A stretch of 59,817 nt of DNA, counting the filler, from Bipalium vagum (taxonomy: Eukaryota), in the NCBI GenBank assembly GCA_037834085.1. It is 3 parts of 3 records of this genome, joined end to end, with 100 filler letters (N's around TTAATTAATTAA, not from the genome) between each part and the next. Parts side by side here need not be neighbours in the genome. Positions count along the whole stretch, not along the records: positions 43,592 to 59,817 come from JBBMKC010121925.1; 2 more parts are not named here. One strand, 5' to 3'. The first letter of the stretch is position 1, and each line of letters opens with the position of its first letter. Made by a program: the position numbers and the translations under genes. The notes under the pieces were generated by a model. That model was not told where the DNA came from and did no database searches. It saw only the letters and a list, made by a program, of their open reading frames with translations. Shown piece after piece: positions 52,515 to 59,817 of this stretch.

Positions 52515-53010
52515 ATGAACATAAGAAAGAAGAAATTCGATTCCTTGTGAAATTTTATTTCATTAAAGTCAAAAATGTAACGCAGGCTGCAAAACAAATT
52601 GGTGAGGTTTATGATGCAGATGTTGTATCTGATAGAAAAGTCCGTAAATGGTTCCATTGATTTTACTCTGGAAATTTCGACCTGATATATGTACCTCGTT
52701 CTGACCTGCTAACAAAAAACTTCGAACAAATCATTCAGAAGGTGGCGGAAGACAATCATATTGACATCTGTCAAATCGCAAAAGACCTCAGTATTCATCA
52801 TCAAATCGTTTTAAACGATTTAAAGAAAGCAGGTTTTAAAAAGAAAGTGAATGTCTGGATTCCGCATGATTTAACAAAGAAAAATTTAAGACAAAATTTT
52901 AATATGACAAACATTCCTGAAAAGAAACTATATTGAACCATTCTTGATATATCTTATTACGAGTGACGAAAAGTTGATCAGAGAACAATGTTAGAAAACG
53001 ATCTGGTTCC
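52515..53010 (+). mobile_element. Decayed mariner transposase (different subfamily)
   Basis: KEEIRFLVKFYF..NVTQAAKQIGEVY, VWIPHDLT, LITSDEK. Confidence 0.85.
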
Positions 53011-53835
53011 TTTGAGTCGAAAATTTTCAAATATCCTCTTTGATGGATTTTCAATTTTGAAACTTCAGTTCAATTGAAAAAACTGAAATAATTACAAAAT
53101 TGATGCTAGATGTGGTAATACCTTCAAACCAAGCATCTGTATCTTTTACTGAGTCAACCGATCAGTATGTGATCTCGCGTTGTAGTATTGCACAATCTTT
53201 ATCTTTTCTGTTTCTTAAAATAGACCTGATATTTTGACTCATTTGACTCATTGACTAAAGTTAGAGCTCCCGATCTTGGTTGGTTTTCCAAATCAAAACT
53301 ATCTTCTGCAACCTTTAAAAACCAATTCTAGCACTAAAACACATTAATATCATTAGGATATATTTTTCACGTTGCATTGAAAACGCTCTTAAACAGGAAG
53401 GACAAACAGTGCGGAATGTGCACATTCATGAAATTCATAATTTTTTAACTAAAAACTTTAAAGTTATTAGGAAAAATTAATAAATATTTAAAGATAAAAT
53501 TTTTATAAATTCAAAAATTGCAAATTACTCATATTAATTAAACAAACTTAGAAACATGATTTTAAAATACGCAATTATTTATTCCTTAACTTGAGGAGTC
53601 GTAATAAAATTGTCTAGACTTTGTACGAAAACATTTTGCATATAATATATAATTTGAAAGCTTTGCTTCATCATTGATAGAAACCTCTGAACGTTTTACT
53701 GAATAAAATAATATATCTTGACAGTCATTACAGTTAAATGGAATTCATTTATATTTAGTGGTTTCGGAATATTTTTAAATGCTCTCTAAAATATTAAAAC
53801 CATTTCGAAGATCCTTTATACTAACCTAATGATAG

Positions 53836-56800
53836 GATGTCATTGCAATCTCCATTCTCAACATTGCCAATTCGATCAAAATGTGTACACGTTGACTGGG
53901 CAACTTAGTGGAGGAGTCTGTCACAAATGCTTACATAATACTGCTGGTCGACAATGCCATTATTGTGAAGATGGATATTACAGAGACTGGACGAAGCCTT
54001 TAAGTCATGAACTTTCTTGTCTCAGTTAGTTTATTTTAAATTTTGAATAATTACATTTTTATATTTATGTTCATTTTAAAAAAATATATTTGCGTTAAAC
54101 AAACATTTTGGTTTTAAACAAATAAATGTGTTTTAACTAAAATTTACTTTCTCCTACATTCTCATATGAGATAAAACTTGATGGGTTTCATGTTAAGTAA
54201 TTTTTTAATAGTTCTGTTTCTCAACAAATTATTTTAGCTTTAAAACCTTAATTTGTTTTAATGTGTGTTAATTTGTTTGAATGAATATAAAAATATTTCT
54301 GAAGAATGCAAGTGTCACTCGGTGGGGTCAACAAATGTCAATCTATGCGATAAGAAATTGGGTCAATGCTATTGCAAGAAAGGTGTCAGTGGTAAAAGAT
54401 GCGACAAATGCAAGGTTGGATATGCACAAACTCGATCCGTTGTTCGACCTTGTATAAAAAGTAATTGGTTTTGAGATTTGGAAGAAATAATATAAAATAA
54501 AAAATTGGTATAGTAAAAGTTCATTTTATGTTTATAAGAAATGTCTAAAAAATTATAATTTATAATGAAATTTATAATAATTAACCATAAAAAAACCAAA
54601 ATATTCATAATAATAATAATAATAATAATAACACTTCAAAATTTGTTTTTCAGTTTGTTGATAGTTTTCTTGTTATTCTGAAATAATAAAATAAAATAAT
54701 ATTTTTAAAATAATACTAATTAGTCATCGGTAATTTTTAACATTTAACTGAAACAAAAATGATATTAAAGTTTGAGAATTCAGACAAACTTTAGTTAGAA
54801 AACAATGTAATTCACAGTCTTTTGTTTTAAAGATTAAATTTCCTTGTTTTAATGTGATAATTTTTAATTTCTCAATAATTTATAACTTCTTTCTAATTGT
54901 ACGTTTATATAAAACTTTAAAGTATTCTAATATTAACTAAGTGTAAATTTTTATTTATCTCCCCTAAATTATTTTATACAAAAATTGTGTAATCAGTTTC
55001 TTGATAAATATAAACAAACAATTATTCAATAAATTAAACAAAATATATTTTAAAATTAAAATAAATATTTTAAATTATTAAATAGTTAATTGGTTATTTT
55101 GATTTTGTTTTAAGTAGCAAATTGATGGGTAAAAATTTTTTAATAATTATTTCTAATTGAAATCAATACTTCTCCTAACCTCTTTTCCTTGCAATCCATA
55201 ATTTCTTAATTATTTATTCTCAAAATATTGAATCTCAATTTTAAACAAAAACTAACTGAATATAACATAGATATTAAAATTGAGACTATAAATATTTTAA
55301 TACTTTAGTTCCCTTTTTAATTGATTTTTTTAATTTTCTTTTTCCAATTTTTTACAATTAATGAAATGTTTAATTATATATAATCAAAATTATCAAATGA
55401 CCGAAAACGAACTATTTAAGTATTTTAATCTAGTGATTAATAGAAAATATACGTTTTTTAACAATTAAAACAATTTAATCATTTATTTTTATGAAAATGT
55501 TGAAAAATGTAAATTATTGAAAAAAAAATTTTCCATTAATTGATATTCAAAAAATGAGAAGAAAAATGTTGTTTAAACTAATTAACAAAATTCCTCTTTT
55601 AGAAACTCTACGTGATTTCTTTAAACATAGTTTTGTTATAATTGTTGGTTGAGCAATTGAATTACTTTATTTAATAATTAAGCTGATGGAAAGGAAAAAT
55701 TAAAAATTAAATCATTTATTATTAAAGTGAAAAAAATAATAAATTATTATTATTAATTAATAATAATTAATATTTTATTACATTAATAGATATACATATA
55801 TATAATTAAATATATCTATATATTAAAAATAATTATTATTATAATAATATATTATAATATAAAGGCGAACGTTCCTTTTTTCAATGACAATGACTCTTGA
55901 AATAGCTGAACAACTAAGGTGGCATTCTTCTTCAATTATATCACGCACAATAATTACATTCTATTCTGTAGTGTTCGTTCTTGGTCTTCTTGAACCTTCT
56001 TTTTCTCTAAAAGAGTTCGTTGTTCTCCTGTAAACTCTCCGGCAATCTGCTGTACTCACCGAAGGCTTACTACGTCGTCCTCTACTCCCACATTTTCGGC
56101 AAGAAATCTGTGGATTTCGGTAGCCGATAAGTTATTTCGCGCTAAGGTTGCAACAAAGAAATTTATGTTGTCTTACTTTGTCTTCATATTTCAGACTAAA
56201 TCAATTAACCAAATGCAATCGATTTATTTAAATTTAAATCTTGAACTTACCAGTTTTGTTAATGATTACCTTAAGAAATCTGCCCAAGAAATAAGAAATT
56301 TCATCAGATATTTTCTTACTGATAAAAACGATTTTTTTTCTCGGCCCCTATATAATACTACTATTAATACTATTAGCTTCAACGTTGCAAACTGCAAGTT
56401 CTAGTTTACCAGATTTAAATTAGACCACTTCGATTTGAATGATAAAGAAAAACTAGGTATTCAAAACAGTTTAAAGATAGTTAGTTTCAAAATTTTCTGA
56501 ATGACAGCCCCACTCAAACAAAGAAACAATTGACAATGACACTTAACATACGTAGATCAAAAATTTCCAAACGGCTTTATGCGCTAGGAAAAATTCAAAT
56601 GAATAGAAAATTAGTGTCTCATAATTTGAGTGAAAGTGCTATCTATAACCGTTTAAATATAGTCACATCTTTACTAGCCAGTCTGAGAAAAGGGATTTTG
56701 TGACGAACAGTTACGGGAAATGAAAAATGGATTTATCTCCATAATTTTGTACGAAAGAAATCATCAACTTCCACCGCAGAGCGAAAATATTATGATAGCT

Positions 56801-57868
56801 TATGCTTTGTATTTTGTGGAATATAAGAGGTACTTTGTACCATGAACTTTGGAAATAGAAGGTAACAAACACGGGGAACGATATCTACATTAACCAAATA
56901 TTGACTAAACAAGAATTATAATATCCAATAATCAACGCAATGCGAAATCACGTCTTTCTTTAATTGCCAAGCGAAAACTGTTAGACGTGCAATGGGAAAT
57001 CCTTTTGCATCCAAAGTAATCTCCAAAAGACTGATTTATTCAGGTCAATCTTAGATTCCCTGGTAGATATTCAATTCAATTGGTTCGAAAATGTTCAAAA
57101 TTATATGTCCAAATTATATTCATACTAAAGAAAAATCATTTTATTATCGCAGAATATCCATGTTGCCACAATTATGGGAGAAAATCATTATAATCTTTTG
57201 GAAAAATACTTTGATTGATATAATGTGTATATTTGTTATAAAATAATTATTAAAAATTATTTTAAAAGTCTAAAATTATTATTATTATATAATTATTGAG
57301 CTTCTAATTTAATTATTAATAATATAATATTACTAATATAATATTCTGTACTGTAATGCTTACAGGAAATCTGAGTTTTATTAATTATTTTCATTTTTAT
57401 TACTTTACACATTATATATAAAATTCTTTAGTGATTTTTATATTCATCACCTGTCATTGTAAAATTAACAGTCTTTCATTCAGTTTAATTTTAACATTTT
57501 ATTTTATTACAATTTAATTAGCTAAATAAAACAATTAAACGATACAAATAAATTTTCATTTGAATTTTATTTATAAAATGTACCGTTATATTCGATTTTT
57601 TCTTATTGATATCTTGTATCATATTTAAATGGAACTTTTTTATAATCTTTGTTCTCTCTTATTTTTCCTTAAGCTTATTTTTTAGCATAAATATTTTGGA
57701 AAAAATTAGAAATTTATTATGATGAGAAAATATATCAAAAGTTAATTTTATCTGATGAATTTTTTATCATTTTATTAATTACCCTTAATTTACTTAATAT
57801 TTAATAATAATATTATTATTACTAAATAAATAAATAATAATACTAAAAATAATAATAATGATAATAAA

Positions 57869-57901
<33 letters not shown>

Positions 57902-58301
57902 CAAAATAATAATCAAAATAATAATCAAAATAATAATCAAAATAAAATTGAAGAAAATATAAACTCTATTCCAATAACATTTAATGTATATTTCAAAATC
58001 AAAATTTTATTTATATTTTCCAGCTTTTGACTTCATACAAAATTCGTATGCGAAAAAAGATTCTAGTAAGTCAATTCTAATCATTATAAATCAGCAATTA
58101 ATCAGTTTTTATCAAGATTCCAAATATCAATACATGCCAAATACAGGTAGGTCATTTCGCGATATGTTCGCTGAAATGGATAATTTATTACAATTTCTGA
58201 TATATTTTGGACTTCATCTCTCATTTCAGAGAGCGAATGCATGCCGTGCGATGAAAAAAGAAAGAGGATTAGATTCAAAAAATTCTGTCGAAGGGATACT
58301 G
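53836..58301 (+). CDS. Netrin (UNC-6 family), partial: laminin-EGF V-2 and V-3, linker, start of C345C/NTR domain
   Basis: Exons 53836-54024, 54305-54460, 58024-58065, 58117-58146, 58230-58301 (all phase 1). CHCNLHSQHC...SGGVCHKCLHNTAGRQCHYCEDGYYRD; CKCHSVGS...GQCYCKKGVSGKRCDKCKVGYAQTRS..RPCIK; CMPC...RIRFKKFCRRD. Probably continues beyond the window; 5' exons not identified. Confidence 0.9.
55870..56160 (-). mobile_element. Mariner-like N-terminal remnant in a netrin intron
   Basis: EGSRRPRTNTTE*NVIIVRDIIEEECHLSCSAIS, a GRP plus second HTH region. Confidence 0.5.
56390..57218 (+). mobile_element. Decayed mariner transposase in a netrin intron
   Basis: FTRFKLDHFDLNDKE, VSHNLSE, VTGNEKWIY, WEILLHP, ending KYFD*. 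Confidence 0.75.
57848..57945. repeat. (AAT)n microsatellite grading into AAATAATAATCA units
   Basis: Direct inspection. Confidence 0.85.
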
Positions 58302-59685
58302 GTAAGATAATTATGAAAATAAATTATTTACCTTTTTTATATTTTACAAAACTTTGAAAGCATAATAACAAAAACATTTAAATTACGGATATCTTTATTT
58401 ATTTATTTATTTCTGCGGAAAATAAATATTCAAAGTACATCTAGAAGGCGGATTTTTTGGCTTCTATACATAAAAAATTTTTTAACTATTGTATCGTTTT
58501 TATTGTATTATAATAATTTATAATATTTTATATTTTATCCTATTATATATTTTTTATATTTCTTTATTATATTAAAAAAACATACCGTGCTGTGCATTAA
58601 AACTGCAGCACCCGAGATCTTTCACGAATTTCGAATACTTTCGCCCAATTATCTTTGTAACCTGATATGTTTACAAACTAGGTTATGGATACCATTATAT
58701 TACAAGTATATTTTCATCAGATAAACCCAATTATATCAAAAACTAAAATACATTTAATAAAAATGTGTCAATTTAATATCTGTCCTCCTTTAAGTTTAAC
58801 ACAGACTGAGATATCGTTGCGTCATTGAATCAATTAAGAAAGCACAAATTCACTGGAACTCATTACTGATATTTCATTATCTCATTACATCAAACACAAT
58901 ATCATTTTTATTTCAAACGTCCGTCATATTAATTCGCTGCTTCAGAATGGTCTAAATGTTTTCGATTGGTGAGAGGCCTGGAGAAATGCCCGACCACTTT
59001 AATACTGTGTTTTTTTCCTTTCTGAAAAATTATTGACAGAATTATAATATCTGTCAGGGACTAGGTCTTGTTTCAAACCACTTTGGGTCTGAAGTATTAT
59101 ACGTATCACGTATTACAGACCTAAAGATTCATATTACAATTTCTTTGTTGCGTAATGTTGATGCGTAACTCTATTGAAGAAAGTAATAAGGAAAATATTT
59201 ATGAAATTCTTTTAGTGAGTGCTTAATATTAATATAATATATATTCTAAATTATTGATACCAGTACTAAATAATAACTGAAATTACACTGTTGATTGATT
59301 TTTTATTATTATTTGTAAAAAAATATGAAAATATTTATGAATATATATTTCTGAAAATTACGAAAAAGTGTGCTACAACCTATTTTAGTATTAAAACGAA
59401 AAATGGCAACAATTTCCACAACTTTTCTGAAACCAACCATTCAAAACGTTCAACAAAGTCGTAAAAATCAACAAAACCATTGCTTTTTATCAATACTTGC
59501 TAAACAAAGACCACTTTTTCAATATTAATATAACTTTTAAAAACCTCTGTAAAATTATTTTAAGTTTCAAGTATTGATTTTTCTTCTTTAATTTAAAATT
59601 AAATATTACACCATTGATCAAAGAGTATAAAAGAAGAACAATAAAGTTTTTCAGATGGAAAATATTAAGACTATTAAGACAAATA

Positions 59686-59817
59686 CCGTAGATACTCGAA
59701 TATAAGTCGACCTCGTGTATAAGTTGAGGGGGAAAATAGGAAATTCTGTGAAAAACCGTATGACTCTTATATAAGTCGAGGTAAAAATATATGTCTGGGT
59801 AATTTCCTCTTTCGTAC
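59686..59817 (+). mobile_element. pogo/Tc2-like element terminus (runs off window)
   Basis: TA-CCGTAGATACTCGAATATAAGTCGACC with repeated TATAAGT[C/T]GA subterminal motifs, typical of pogo-like TIRs. Confidence 0.65.

Noticed and set aside
4036-58301. Alternative genetic code or stop-codon readthrough
   Set aside because: All reconstructed conserved exons translate without internal stops in the standard code; in-frame stops occur only in decayed transposons.
58580-59100. Possible piggyBac-like transposase remnant (minus); a similar hint at about 47860-48060
   Set aside because: Only vague motif resemblance; no TTAA-bounded TIRs identified.

Overview
Very AT-rich eukaryotic (metazoan) scaffold segment; the protein sequences look flatworm-like, but that is inference. 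Many introns are short (about 49-70 nt, GT-AG), and a few are long and filled with transposons. There are three assembly gaps, two carrying an artificial TTAATTAATTAA linker. Spliced gene models that I reconstructed by hand, with splice phases checked: RMDN1-like (+, 8 exons), R3HDM4-like (+, 4 exons), the C-terminal part of CENPJ/SAS-4 (-, 10 exons, 5' end missing), a hidden single-pass Ig-like membrane protein (+, 3 exons), an intronless secreted C-type lectin (+), proteasome alpha subunit PSMA1 (+, 2 exons) and a partial netrin (+; two laminin-EGF repeats and the start of the C345C/NTR domain). Intergenic and intronic space is dense with decayed mariner, Tc1, pogo/Tigger, Merlin and Ty3/gypsy remnants and LTR-like pieces. 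Most interesting candidates: (1) an unannotated minus-strand chain of symmetric phase-2 micro-exons (9-45 nt) at 42.8-45.3 kb that would encode a 64-aa basic protein; (2) a netrin with no visible domain VI or first EGF repeat; (3) a tRNA-Ala-like cloverleaf on an extended hairpin inside a 198-bp TGTCA...TGACA element; (4) a Merlin element cleanly nested in a Tc1 transposase. No database searches were run; all calls are from reading the sequence.
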